DNA of 64,000 nucleotides from an uncultured Desulfospira sp. (lineage in GTDB: Bacteria > Desulfobacterota > Desulfobacteria > Desulfobacterales > Desulfobacteraceae). The DNA lies in NCBI GenBank assembly GCA_963663165.1, contig OY760175.1:1248001-1312000 (forward strand), read 5' to 3'. Position numbers and translations under genes: made by a program. The notes under the pieces are model-generated. The model saw only the letters and a list, made by a program, of their open reading frames with translations, did no database searches and was not told the origin of the DNA. Below, one piece after another: positions 1-10,125 of the stretch (positions within the stretch are counted from its first letter, which is position 1; the number at the start of each line of letters is the position of its first letter).

Positions 1-590
1 ACCAGTTCTGAGAGTCCGTCAAGGCCGCAAAATAGATTGGGGCTATCACCTTCACAAGTTCCATCCACATGAAGGATATATCCTCCCCTGCTTGTGAAGA
101 ACTTTCGCAGAGCCGGCCGGCTCTGTCGGTGAGCCAGGGCAAGATAAATGATAAACTTACGGCCCAGAAAGCTGATCTCCCGTTCAGAGATGAATACATT
201 CTTGATCGCCAATTCAGCCATGACCTCCTGATTGCTGAGACAACGGACAAAAAGTGCAAACCCCACCTCCACAATGACATCAAACCCGAAAGTGCCGCCC
301 CTGGGTACAAGGTTTCGAAGCTGTTCGGACCTGAACGTTCCGTGACCGTGGGGGCAATACAATACCGTTTCCTTGGCAAAATAGGCACCGATGTCCATGG
401 TGACCCTGGTCTTCGTATCGGTTTTCTGAACATGGAGTGTAGAATTACAATCAGGGCATTTTAAAATTTCCGGGTAAAAATGCAAAGTCGGCTTTGCTGA
501 GAATAGCACACTAGTTTGGACGGACCCAGTCAGCTTGGAGATAAAGCTTTTGAGCAGTTTTAATGCTTGGAATCCGGAATTTTTTTTAAC
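1..590 (-). CDS. Putative DDE transposase, N-terminal part; runs off the window's left edge and is probably fused to the upstream ORF by a -1 frameshift
   Basis: Manual minus-strand translation is open from ~590 to 1: ...FYPEILKCPDCNSTLHVQ...LYCPHGHG...GFDVIVEVG...RGGYILHVDGTCEGDSPNLFCGLDGLSELV. It has CxxC pairs and an LHVDGT first-Asp-like motif. Not in the ORF track. Confidence 0.65.
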
Positions 591-1306
591 AACTCATGAG
601 ACTCCATAAATCCTTGGATATTAGCCGGCTTTAGTTTGCTCTTTTTGATCTCCGGCAAGCCCAAAATGTCTTCTGCGGATATGCCATGATGCCTGATAAT
701 AGCAACCAGAATCATGACTGCTTCCTGGTCAGAAATGGAAATAGCCGCTTGACGGAGGACAAGGGAACTCCTTTGTTTTACTTGATTTTTAAATATTGAA
801 ATGTTGTCAGAGAAGTAGACATAGACACCAGCGTGCTTTTCTCGACAGATACCCGGACAACTACGGAAATGATGCACAAAGGATTGTGGTGATAACCCAA
901 GAAGTTCACCAAGTTGTCTGCCGGTAAGCCCTTCAGATGAGGAGTTCACTAAATGGATAATGGTTTTTTTTAGATTACCATACTTAGAGAACGCGGCATT
1001 TTTAAATTGCCATATACCATAAACGTCAAATTGAGGGATTTCAGGCAAAGTATAATACTTCCCGTTTTGATTGTAACTTGTGTAGGTCTTCCACTGTTTA
1101 AGTTTTGTTTGGGCAGTTCTGGAGGAACAATCCAGAATTGAAACAAGCTTTTTGAGGGTAAAAATTTTTTGTTTTTTAAGCGTTGATCTGGCCGATTCAA
1201 TTTTTTGAACGTCGATAATAGGCATGACAACCTCTCTTCGTAGTATATGATATTTGTGCCAAATAATATCATATACTACGAAGCAATAACAGGAAAAATA
1301 ATCCAT
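560..1306 (-). CDS. Transposon-associated HTH-like protein (orfA; likely start near 1225)
   Basis: 248-aa ORF ending in an A8 run (LLKKIPDSKH*) that overlaps the downstream transposase frame; TSYNQNGKYYTL motif. Confidence 0.55.
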   Translation of the reverse strand: MDYFSCYCFVVYDIIWHKYHILRREVVMPIIDVQKIESARSTLKKQKIFTLKKLVSILDCSSRTAQTKLKQWKTYTSYNQNGKYYTLPEIPQFDVYGIWQFKNAAFSKYGNLKKTIIHLVNSSSEGLTGRQLGELLGLSPQSFVHHFRSCPGICREKHAGVYVYFSDNISIFKNQVKQRSSLVLRQAAISISDQEAVMILVAIIRHHGISAEDILGLPEIKKSKLKPANIQGFMESHELLKKIPDSKH

Positions 1307-1705
1307 TTCGCCCAGAATCTTAGAGTTTTTCGATTCAACGACTAAAACATATACTTTGCAAATTGAAACAAGTTGTATTAATTGAATTAAAAATCAGTTG
1401 GTTGAAAAAATCCAACTGTCATTTGCGGTTATAGTTTATACTTAAACAAAAACCAATGGGACTATCTATTGAAGGAATTGGTTTTTTGCCTAAAGGCGCT
1501 TTTTTAGCTGCGCTAATAGGAACATTGTTTTGTTTACTGTTATCAATTCCTTGCGCGTTAATTCAAATTATTTCGATAGTAAAAATCCAAACACCTATGT
1601 GGATCCGATTTATTGTATGTCTTACAAGTCTTTTATTAGGGCTTTTGCTAGGAGTTGGCATATCAATAAATCACTTTAAAAACTATTATTTTGTATTACC
1701 TTTAC

Positions 1706-3086
1706 GGGCCTCAGAAAAATTAATATCCACAATTCCATAGTCTGAATTCTGATTTCTATAGACAACATGGAATCGATAGTTTATGGTCAACATGGAAGAT
1801 TACATAAAAAATACAGGAGGACCATGTTTGATCATTCTAAGCACAATTTACCCAAAACTATATCGGAATTAACGCCACCACTAAAGGATTTTCTGAATAC
1901 CACTCGAAGCAAATTAAAAGGCCATGAACGGCGCCAATTCATGGCACGCGTTGTCTCCCTTATGGGGCACGGCGGACAACTAAAGGCTGAAAGAGAACTG
2001 GGTTGGGATCGGAAAACAATAATCAAAGGGCGACGGGAAATAGAAAGCGGAGTTACCTGTGTTGATAATTTTTCCGGACGAGGCCGGAAATCGTGTTTAG
2101 AACATTTTCCGAATTTAAAAGAGGACATAACTCGTATTGTAAACCCTATATGTCAGACTGATCCTACATTCCGTACCCAGAATTTATATTCCCCAATATC
2201 TGCGAATGAAGTATTCCGTCGATTAGTTGACGACATGGGATATGACCCTGAGAATATGCCAACAGTACGGACTCTATCCACCATAATGAATAAATTGGGT
2301 TTTAAACTGAAGAAGGTCGCCAAAGCCAAGGTAAAAAAAAAATTCCTGAAACAGACATCATTTTTGAATATGTGCATAGGACAAACCAACTAGCCGATGA
2401 AACAGATGGCGTTTTACGTATCTCAATGGACGCAAAAGCCACTATTAAAATAGGGCCTTATTCCCGAGGCGGATATAGTCGTTGCAATCTTAAAGCGGCG
2501 GACCATGATTTTAAACCCGATTCCCTTTTGAAACTTTTCGGTATCAACATACCTGCTCTGGATGAAAATTATATGTACTTCACTGAAAGCAACATCACCT
2601 CTGATTTCATGATTGATGCGCTGGAATCACTCTGGCCTTCTTTGAACGCAAGATTCGCCCCACATACACTGGTGATCAATCTTGATAATGGGCCGGAAAA
2701 TAGTAGCCGAAGGAGCCAATTCATTAGTCGCCTCGTGGACTTTGCCAAATCAGCATTTGTAAATATTAGTTTGGTGTACTATCCCCCGTACCACAGTAAA
2801 TACAACCCAATAGAGCGAGTTTGGGGTGTTTTGGAAAATCATTGGAAAGGCGAATTGCTGAACAAAATTGAAAAGGTTCTCGGTCTATGTCGAACAATGA
2901 CATGGAAAGGAGAAAATCCTGTCGTCAAATTAATCAAAGGTGTTTACCCGACAGGGGTACGTTTGGTCAAGTCCGCCGTGAATAATATAGAAAACAAAAT
3001 TATTCGGATTCCAGGGATTGAAAAATGGGCTGTTGATATTCCATGCTATGAGGAATGAATTGTGGGTTTTAATTTTACCACATCCC
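1706..3086 (+). mobile_element. ISAzo13-family insertion sequence, 1381 bp
   Basis: Imperfect terminal IRs (GGGCCTCAGAAAAATTAATATCCACAATTC vs revcomp GGGATGTGGTAAAATTAAAACCCACAATTC); 3-bp TSD TAC at 1703-1705 and 3087-3089. Confidence 0.85.
1824..3058 (+). CDS. ISAzo13-family transposase; two ORFs joined by a -1 frameshift at A10 (2333-2342)
   Basis: Motifs RISMDAKAT, NLDNGPENSSRR and YYPPYHSKYNPIERVW; the -1 frame gives KKIPETDIIF. Confidence 0.85.
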
Positions 3087-3169
3087 TACAAGGAATCTTT
3101 TCTGGATTTCTATTGGCGCTAACGGTTTTATTCATCTGGAAGGACAAATTATGATGACTAATTTAATCG

Positions 3170-3307
3170 CGGGTCGGGCTCACTCAAGTAGTTGGAATTA
3201 AGAGAGGTACGGATAATTGGATAATTGGGATAATTGGGGTCAGAGTAAAATTAAATTGTCGAATGATTCAATGCACCCCGATAATTGGGGTCGTAGTAAA
3301 ATTAAAT
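3170..3307 (+). repeat. GGGGTC-type REP-like junction with GATAATTG(n) stutter
   Basis: GATAATTG-GATAATTGG-GATAATTGGGGTCAGAGTAAAATTAAAT, plus a second copy GATAATTGGGGTCGTAGTAAAATTAAAT. Confidence 0.7.
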
Positions 3308-3313
3308 CATGAT

Positions 3314-3691
3314 TTAAGCCCGAGCCCCCTTTAAAAAAGTATCGATAGTTTTTAAAAGAACCTTCTGCTGTGCCGGCGGAAGGTTCTCTATTTTTTTCAT
3401 CCGCTGCTGTATTTTTAAGTTTGGCTTGCTGACGGCGCCCTTATCCTCTTTAAGGCCCAAAAGACAGTCTGTGGTTTCGCCAAGGGCCATTGCCAGCCTG
3501 ATAATCATCTCGTAATGCGGGCGTATCTTATTGCGCTCGTAGTCAGAGATCAACACCTGTGATATGCCGATCTCATCGGCAAGCCTGATCTGGGTATACC
3601 CTTTTTCTTTTCTTAGCCGGGCAATCCTTTGGCCCAGGCTTTCACTTCCCAAATCCAGTGGCGGCAAATTGTATTTAGACATCCGTGGCAT
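3314..3691 (-). CDS. Xre-family HTH repressor
   Basis: LGQRIARLRKEKGYTQIRLADEIGISQVLISDYER; divergent from the primase operon. Confidence 0.9.
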   Translation of the reverse strand: MPRMSKYNLPPLDLGSESLGQRIARLRKEKGYTQIRLADEIGISQVLISDYERNKIRPHYEMIIRLAMALGETTDCLLGLKEDKGAVSKPNLKIQQRMKKIENLPPAQQKVLLKTIDTFLKGARA

Positions 3692-3842
3692 ACTGCTTTA
3701 TACCATATTTTTTTAAAATCAACCGATTCTCTACTTGACTTGTAAAGTATGATACCGTATTTGTTGATACAGTAAAAAATTTTATTTTAATATAATTTTT
3801 TACTTGACAGGTATTTTTTAAAAGGGGATTTCCGGCTGAAAA

Positions 3843-3891
3843 AAAAGCCATCAACTTTTATGACTTTGGCGGGTCGCAGTTGATGGCTTTT
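3843..3891. promoter_or_regulatory. Inverted-repeat hairpin in the xre/primase intergenic region
   Basis: AAAAGCCATCAACT...AGTTGATGGCTTTT, 14-bp stem. Confidence 0.45.
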
Positions 3892-3995
3892 AAAGGGCGT
3901 CAAAAGAGAAAGCACTCTTTTGATCAGCTTTCTTTTTCTATCGTATCTCCCTTAAGAAATCAAGAATCTGTGAATCCGAAAAAGGAGGTGATCCA

Positions 3996-4334
3996 TTGAG
4001 CACCAACAGCTTAGAGACCACGGATATCTTCAGGGGAGCGTTTTACCTTTGCATGGGAGGTGATCTGGCCGAGATCCGGATGAACCACCGGCAGATTGCA
4101 TCCTTTATGTTTGCAGGTCCGGACCTGGCCAAACATGACAAGGCCTATGTCAACGGCCATGCCCTGGTCAACCCCGTGCAGTTCAGGCAGGCGCTGAACC
4201 ACCTGCGGGATATCCTATTTACGAGATTGAGACAAGGAAGATACGAGAATGATAGAACAAGTAAGGATCGACACCATCAAAACCAGTGTGGACCTTGTGG
4301 CCTATATCGGACAGGCCACCGGAGCCGCATTTAA
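3996..4334 (+). CDS. Small hypothetical protein upstream of the primase
   Basis: Strong RBS AAGGAGGT before a TTG start; overlaps the primase start. Confidence 0.6.
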   Translation: MSTNSLETTDIFRGAFYLCMGGDLAEIRMNHRQIASFMFAGPDLAKHDKAYVNGHALVNPVQFRQALNHLRDILFTRLRQGRYENDRTSKDRHHQNQCGPCGLYRTGHRSRI

Positions 4335-5010
4335 AAAGAACGGCAAGGGGTATGTATGCCGGTGCCCGTTCCCGGACCACGAAGACAAGACCCCGTCCTT
4401 TGTGGTTACTCCCCATGAGAACCTTTGGAACTGCTTTGGCTGCGGCAGGGGCGGTGATGTGTTTGAGTTTGACCGCCTGTATTTTAGCCTGGACTTCAAG
4501 GCATCGGTTCAAAAGCACGAATCCGTTGCCTCGTCCCCAAAGAAGGCAGTTAAAAAGAAAAAGGCCCCAGGCTCAGACAAGGCCCTGACCGTCAAAGAGC
4601 AAAAACTTCTGACCCGAGTGGTATCCTATTACCAGCACAGCTTTGGCGAAGATCCCAAGGGGATGGCCTATCTGAAAACCAGAGGGATCAGAGAAAATCA
4701 ATCGTTCTCGGATTTTGGTGCAGGCTTTGCCAACGGCACCCTGCTCAACATCCTTCCCGAAGATACCGACATTATCAACTCCTTAAAAAAGATCGGGATA
4801 TTGAACAGCCGGGGCAAAGAGGTGTTCATCAACTGCGTGGTGTTCCCGCTGTATGATGACAAGGGATCTGTGGTGAATCTCTATGGCCGGAACATTGACG
4901 ACGGCTGTAGGATCAAGCATTTGTATTTGCCAGGCAAACGCAACGGTCTTGTGAACCGCCAGGCGGCCAAACGGTCCCAGACTTTATACCATCAAAAACG
5001 CCCGGTATGA
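4249..5010 (+). pseudogene. DnaG-like primase (CHC2 zinc finger plus N-terminal catalytic core), truncated before the Toprim domain
   Basis: CPFPDHEDKTPSF...WNCFGCGRGGDVF and VVFPLYD...NLYGR...HLYLPG; primase-like sequence stops at ~4984. Confidence 0.85.
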
Positions 5011-5857
5011 GCTAAGGGCGTTCATCACCTTTATGGCCAAAGAAACGCCCCCGACCCTGGACAACCTGACACGGGAGATCTTGTATGAGTACCAGCAGGA
5101 GCTGGCCTTCAGAGTCTCTTCCAGGGGTAAGCTGTTGAGCCTTCGAACCCAGGGGCAGCGCCTTGGGGTGATCAAATCTTTTACCCGGTATTTAAAGGAA
5201 CATGATTATATGATCCTGGATCCGGGGGATGCCATCAGGTTGCCAAAGACACCCAAGCGTCTGCCAAAGGTGATCCTGAACACTATGGAACTTAAAAAGA
5301 TCATGCAGGCGGCGGACATCCGGACAACCCGGGGTTACAGAAACCGGGTGATCCTGGAGATCCTCTATGATACAGCCATCCGACGATCGGAACTTGCCGG
5401 CATTAAGATCAATAACCTTGATCTGCACTCAGGCTTTATCCATGTTCACGGCAAAGGTGATAAAGATCGTGTGGTGCCGGTGAGTGACCGGGTCAGCCGC
5501 CTGATTGAAAATTATATCGTGATGGTACGTTCGGGATACATTCAGGGGAAGGACACCGGCCACCTGGTCCTGAACCGGTGGGGAGAACAAATGGATCCCA
5601 ACGCCATATGGGCGGTGGTCAAACGATGTGCAGACCTGGCCGGGATCAGAAAGAACGTCTCCACCCACACGTTCCGGCACACCTGTGCCACCCACATGCT
5701 TAAAAACGGTGCCCCGGTCCGGCATATCCAGGAGATGCTGGGCCATGAATCGTTGGAATCCACGCAAGTTTACACCCGGGTGACCATCAACGACCTAAAG
5801 GAGATCCACGCCAAATACCATCCGGGAGAGAAAAAAGGGAATACCTCCACGCATTGA
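4985..5857 (+). CDS. XerD-like tyrosine recombinase, N-terminally truncated by a deletion (first in-frame ATG at 5033)
   Basis: LYDTAIRRSEL, HGKGDKDRVVP, HTFRHTCATH, LGHESLESTQVY; the frame extends upstream as YTIKNARYELRAF. Confidence 0.9.
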   Translation, partial: YTIKNARYELRAFITFMAKETPPTLDNLTREILYEYQQELAFRVSSRGKLLSLRTQGQRLGVIKSFTRYLKEHDYMILDPGDAIRLPKTPKRLPKVILNTMELKKIMQAADIRTTRGYRNRVILEILYDTAIRRSELAGIKINNLDLHSGFIHVHGKGDKDRVVPVSDRVSRLIENYIVMVRSGYIQGKDTGHLVLNRWGEQMDPNAIWAVVKRCADLAGIRKNVSTHTFRHTCATHMLKNGAPVRHIQEMLGHESLESTQVYTRVTINDLKEIHAKYHPGEKKGNTSTH

Positions 5858-5953
5858 CATTGCCAGACTTATGGGTAAATATGGGTAAATTTATGGATAT
5901 TTAATAAGGATGGCCAATGTTGAATCCTAGGATAAAAATCACACCCGAAATCT
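5553..5953 (+). repeat. 401-bp tandem duplication, copy 1 (recombinase 3' end plus fic 5' end); copy 2 is 5954-5996 plus 10208-10564
   Basis: Near-identical copies; differences include TGG>TAG, AAT>AAC and a 1-nt indel. Confidence 0.9.
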
Positions 5954-6134
5954 ACACCGGCCACCTGGTCCTGAACCGGTAGGGAGAACAAATGGATGAG
6001 AATGGTCACAGAAAATCATGGAAAAATTGAAGATAATTTGCAAGATATGTCAGGTTTGAGGCAGAAGTTCCCTTGTTTATCTCGCAAATAATCGTGAAAC
6101 TCCTGCCTCCCCACCCAATAACAGGGCAGGAGAT

Positions 6135-6722
6135 ATGCTATCAGAAGTTCTAAAAAGCGAAAGTCTTTTTTGGAATCTATACAAAATAGATCTGGCAACA
6201 GCCGAACGTTATAGACAGATGAAGTGCCCCCACTGCCAGGGACCGTTGTATTATGCCAATTATCTGCGCAAACCCAGGGGGGAGCCTGAAGGGTTGTCTG
6301 AAGAATGTTTTTTACAATTCAGTTTATGCTGCGGAAGGGAAGGCTGCCGACGGCGTTTGATCCCGCCAACCTGCCGTTTCCTTGGTAAAAACATTTACTG
6401 GTATGCGGCCATTCTGACGATTGTGTCCGACTGGCAGAACCAATCTGTAGGTATCACGATGTCCAGGTTTGCTGAAACAATCGGTATCTCCCGCAACACC
6501 CTTAGACGCTGGGTCGGTTTGTTTAAAGAAATATTTCCAACAAGCGCTCAATGGAAGAAAATCCGGGGCCGAGTGCCTGCAAGCGTGAAAAATGACAGTC
6601 TTCCGGCAAGTTTGGTCAACTTCTATCTGCATCAACAGGCATCCATCAAAGAAACGTTGATCTCCTGTTTGTCATTCTTGTCTCAAGGCAATGAAATATC
6701 ACAAAAAATAAGGGCCGGGTAA
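6135..6722 (+). CDS. Zn-finger plus HTH transposon accessory protein (DUF6431-like)
   Basis: CPHCQG...CCGREGCRRR and IGISRNTLRRW. Confidence 0.7.
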   Translation: MLSEVLKSESLFWNLYKIDLATAERYRQMKCPHCQGPLYYANYLRKPRGEPEGLSEECFLQFSLCCGREGCRRRLIPPTCRFLGKNIYWYAAILTIVSDWQNQSVGITMSRFAETIGISRNTLRRWVGLFKEIFPTSAQWKKIRGRVPASVKNDSLPASLVNFYLHQQASIKETLISCLSFLSQGNEISQKIRAG

Positions 6723-6837
6723 TCTCACGCAGAAGATGGGCGTGGCCTTGGGCGATCAACTGTTCTATCAAAGGGGCCGGGATTTTTATCAGCATTCCGC
6801 TGAAAATTTTAACTTAAAATTGAAAGGACCCCGGCCT

Positions 6838-8283
6838 ATGAACAGTAAAAACCAAAGTCCGGTTGATAAATGGGCTTTGTTTCGCTTCTCAGTCGTTGGT
6901 GGTTTGCTGGCAAATCCGCCGGCCAAGGGTGAGCTGCGTAAGGAACTGGAAAAGCTTTCCAATCAGATTTACACCCATCCCATCACGAACGAATCGACGG
7001 TATTTCATTTTTCAACTATTGAAAGCTGGTATTACAAGGCAAAAAATGCCCAGGACCCCATCATTGCTTTAGGACGGAAAGTTCGTTCAGACTATGGCGG
7101 TTCAATTGTATTCACGCCTGAACTGATCCGGATGCTGGGCAGACAATACCGGACCTATCCGAACTGGAGCTACAAACTGCACGCAGATAATTTCGCAGCA
7201 GAACTTCAAGAAAAAGCCAATTCAGTATCGATACCATCCTATGCCAGTGTCCGGCGGCGGATGGTCGAAAGAGGGTGGACCAGGAAACCCTCAGCCAAGA
7301 AAAAACAGACAGCGGGCATGAAAACTGCCGCAACGCGGTTCGAAAGCCATGAGATCCGTGGATATGAAGCAGAATGTGTTCACAGCCTGTGGCATCTGGA
7401 TTTTCATGAAGGCAGTCTGCGGGTGGTGGATAACAACGGTAACTGGTATACGCCCAAAGCCTTATGTATTCTTGACGACCACTCCCGCCTGTGCTGCCAC
7501 ATCCAATGGTATTCAGGAGAAACCACCCAGGATTTGATTCATGGATTGACCCAGGCCTTTTTCAAAAGGGGGCTTCCCAGGGCACTGATGACGGACAACG
7601 GATCTGCCATGACCTCCCATGAGTTTTGCAACGGGCTTAAGAAAACAGGGATACTTCATGAAACGACATTGCCCTACAGCCCTTATCAAAACGGTAAGCA
7701 GGAAGCCTTTTGGGGCACCCTTGAAGGCAGATTGATGGCCATGCTGACCCGGGTGGACCCTCTGACACTGGAATATCTCAATCACCGCAGTCAGGCTTGG
7801 GTCGAGATGGAATATAACAAAACCAGGCATAGTGACATCGGCACATCTCCTGTTCAACGCATGCTTGAAGGCAAAGATGTTTCCCGGCCGGCACCGGATG
7901 AAGAACAATTACGTTTCGCCTTTACAGTTTGCGAAGTCAGAAATCAGCGCAAGTCTGACGGTACCGTGTCCATCAACGGGGTAAGATTTGAGATCCCTTC
8001 CCGGTTTCACCATATCCCTCGGTTACATGTCTGCTTTGCCAATTGGGATAAATCCATGGCCTGGCTCATGGACCAGAGAACCGGCAAACAGATTGCGCCG
8101 ATCTACCCCCAAGACAAAATCAAAAATGCTTCAGGAAAACGAAAGATCAAGTCGAGACCTGAACATACCATTCTACCGGATGAAACATTGAAAGAATCCG
8201 AGCCTGCATTATTAAGAAAACTGATGGCCGAGTATGCCCAAAGCGGCATGCCCCCAGCCTATCTGCCCAAAGGAGAATCATGA
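6838..8283 (+). CDS. DDE transposase/integrase (rve core, Mu/IS481-like)
   Basis: LWHLDFH, ILDDHSR, MTDNGSAM, PYSPYQNGKQEAFW; C-terminal DGTVSINGVRFE. The track ORF starts at 6736. Confidence 0.9.
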   Translation: MNSKNQSPVDKWALFRFSVVGGLLANPPAKGELRKELEKLSNQIYTHPITNESTVFHFSTIESWYYKAKNAQDPIIALGRKVRSDYGGSIVFTPELIRMLGRQYRTYPNWSYKLHADNFAAELQEKANSVSIPSYASVRRRMVERGWTRKPSAKKKQTAGMKTAATRFESHEIRGYEAECVHSLWHLDFHEGSLRVVDNNGNWYTPKALCILDDHSRLCCHIQWYSGETTQDLIHGLTQAFFKRGLPRALMTDNGSAMTSHEFCNGLKKTGILHETTLPYSPYQNGKQEAFWGTLEGRLMAMLTRVDPLTLEYLNHRSQAWVEMEYNKTRHSDIGTSPVQRMLEGKDVSRPAPDEEQLRFAFTVCEVRNQRKSDGTVSINGVRFEIPSRFHHIPRLHVCFANWDKSMAWLMDQRTGKQIAPIYPQDKIKNASGKRKIKSRPEHTILPDETLKESEPALLRKLMAEYAQSGMPPAYLPKGES

Positions 8284-9107
8284 ACAACAAACAGCTTCTG
8301 GCTTATTACGGCCTTAAATGGAATCCTTTTTTGTCCAATATCCCCGTGGAGGCTTTATGGCATCCGCCATTGATGAACAGTTTTATTTTTCGTCTTGAGA
8401 ATATGACCCTGAACGGGGGCTTTGCTTTGATCAGCGGGGACCCTGGCCTTGGCAAATCCAAGGCGTTGCAGATGATTGCCCAAAAGTTCGGTAAACTTGA
8501 CGAGGTAGTTGTCGGGGTAATGGAACGTCCCCAAAGCAGTGTCGGAGACTTTTACCGGGAAATGGGAGTTTTGTTTGGTGTCAATTTAAGCCCTGCCAAC
8601 CGGTATGGCGGGTTCAAGGATCTTCGGGAGCGCTGGAGGCATCATGTAAAAACCACCTTGTTCCGGCCCATCCTGCTCATAGATGAAGCCCAGGAGATGC
8701 TGACCGGATGCTTAAATGAACTGCGTTTGTTGAACAGCGCGGACTTTGACTCCCAAAACCTGTTGACCACCGTGATTTGCGGCGATGACCGGCTCCCGGA
8801 ACGGTTCAGATCAAGATCCCTGGTATCGCTGGGAAGCCGGATGCAGTTCCGGTTGACGCTGCTTCCCTATGTCCGGGATGACCTGCTGGATTACATGGAT
8901 CACAGCCTGAACCAGGCCGGCGCCCCGCACTTAATGACGAAAACTCTGATCAGGACCCTTGCAGACCATTGCGCCGGCAACCTGCGGGTTCTTAACAGTA
9001 TGGCCGCAGACCTGCTGGCTGCGGGGATTGAGAAAGAACTCAATCAATTGGACGAAAAACTTTTTATGGAAGTCTATTCCAGACAGCCGCCCAATAAAAA
9101 ATCATAG
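8280..9107 (+). CDS. ExeA/TniB-like AAA+ ATPase (transposition helper)
   Basis: Walker A GDPGLGKS, Walker B ILLIDEAQ; ATGA overlap with the transposase. Confidence 0.9.
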   Translation: MNNKQLLAYYGLKWNPFLSNIPVEALWHPPLMNSFIFRLENMTLNGGFALISGDPGLGKSKALQMIAQKFGKLDEVVVGVMERPQSSVGDFYREMGVLFGVNLSPANRYGGFKDLRERWRHHVKTTLFRPILLIDEAQEMLTGCLNELRLLNSADFDSQNLLTTVICGDDRLPERFRSRSLVSLGSRMQFRLTLLPYVRDDLLDYMDHSLNQAGAPHLMTKTLIRTLADHCAGNLRVLNSMAADLLAAGIEKELNQLDEKLFMEVYSRQPPNKKS

Positions 9108-9116
9108 GAGAACAAT

Positions 9117-9299
9117 ATGGGTATTTATGATGATCCGGACATGAAACTGGAAGAAATTACACAGGAATTGGAACATTTTATCCTGGATATGGTCCTTGCC
9201 GGACTTGAAAACTTGAATATGGAATATCGGGCCTTCAGGCAATTCCAGAAACAAAGGCTCACGGAAAAGAACCGTCATAAAGAACACGAGCCGTTTTAA
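9117..9299 (+). CDS. Small hypothetical protein
   Basis: RBS AGGAG, 60 aa, co-oriented within the transposon. Confidence 0.55.
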   Translation: MGIYDDPDMKLEEITQELEHFILDMVLAGLENLNMEYRAFRQFQKQRLTEKNRHKEHEPF

Positions 9300-9336
9300 A
9301 CGTACGCCCGGACTCTAAAGGTCCGGGCCTGCCTCA

Positions 9337-10125
9337 ATGGAAAAAATACTATGGAAAATCGGCAATTATTTTAAGCACCGCTTCAGCCTGGCAGTTCTTG
9401 ATGAAATTAAGGGCCGGTGGCCCGTTCTCCCCTCTTGTAAAAACATCCCTTATCTTAAAGCTGAAAATGCCGGAGGAAGGCACATCCTGATCAGACCTGA
9501 TCCTGTTATTGAGCCTTATTATTTTCTTGCCGACGATTTAAACATTGACCTGCTTATCCGGCATCATCAATCCATATCAAACCGCTTTAAACCAGGCAGG
9601 ATGGTTATGGAAACATCTCCCGGCAATTATCAAATTTGGATTCACAGTGACCGTCCGTTAAGCCTTCCCGAAAAAAAGTATTGGTTGGAAAACATGCACA
9701 GTGATCCCGGCGCCGACCCGAAAAACAGGTGGGGCAGATGCCCCGGGTTCAGGAACAGAAAAGCAAAACATAGAACGCCTTCAGGACAATACCCTTTGGC
9801 AAAGCTATTATGGGTGGACTGGAAATGCCAGGCTATTGTCCCTGAAATAGAATTATCCTCCCGACCTCAAGAAGTCTTTTCCCATCAACCCCGGGGGGGA
9901 GTGTGCCATAACGGTAATATTTCCCGCTCCCTCTATGATAAGGGTGACGAATCTGCCACTGATTTTGCATATGCTCTGGCCCTCTATAGAAGAGGTTTTT
10001 CACGAATGGAAATTTACAATCGCATTATCAATGAAAGGCAGGATTGGATTAATCATGCGGATGAACGAAAAAAAACACAGTATCTGATCAGGACATTACA
10101 AAAAGCTGAAAAAATTATCAGTTAA
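9337..10125 (+). CDS. RepB'-type (RSF1010-like, AEP superfamily) DNA primase
   Basis: FLADDL, METSPGNYQIW, DPGAD...RCPGFRNRKAKH; C-terminal helical DESATDFAYA. Confidence 0.75.
   Translation: MEKILWKIGNYFKHRFSLAVLDEIKGRWPVLPSCKNIPYLKAENAGGRHILIRPDPVIEPYYFLADDLNIDLLIRHHQSISNRFKPGRMVMETSPGNYQIWIHSDRPLSLPEKKYWLENMHSDPGADPKNRWGRCPGFRNRKAKHRTPSGQYPLAKLLWVDWKCQAIVPEIELSSRPQEVFSHQPRGGVCHNGNISRSLYDKGDESATDFAYALALYRRGFSRMEIYNRIINERQDWINHADERKKTQYLIRTLQKAEKIIS

Larger units (their letters stand above)
1456..3154 (+). pseudogene. ~104-aa membrane protein (Rhs immunity-like) interrupted by an ISAzo13-family element
   Basis: Removing 1706-3086 plus one TAC copy restores the frame: ...YYFVLPL-QGIFSGFLLALTVLFIWKDKL* (TGA at 3152-3154). 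AT-rich and hydrophobic. Confidence 0.75.

Noticed and set aside
69..464. 131-aa plus-strand ORF
   Set aside because: Antisense shadow of the minus-strand transposase frame
3210..3310. GATAATTGG repeats as a CRISPR array
   Set aside because: Units are too short and irregular, with no unique spacers and no cas genes
4985..5857. Chromosomal xerD
   Set aside because: Truncated and embedded in a primase-containing mobile context
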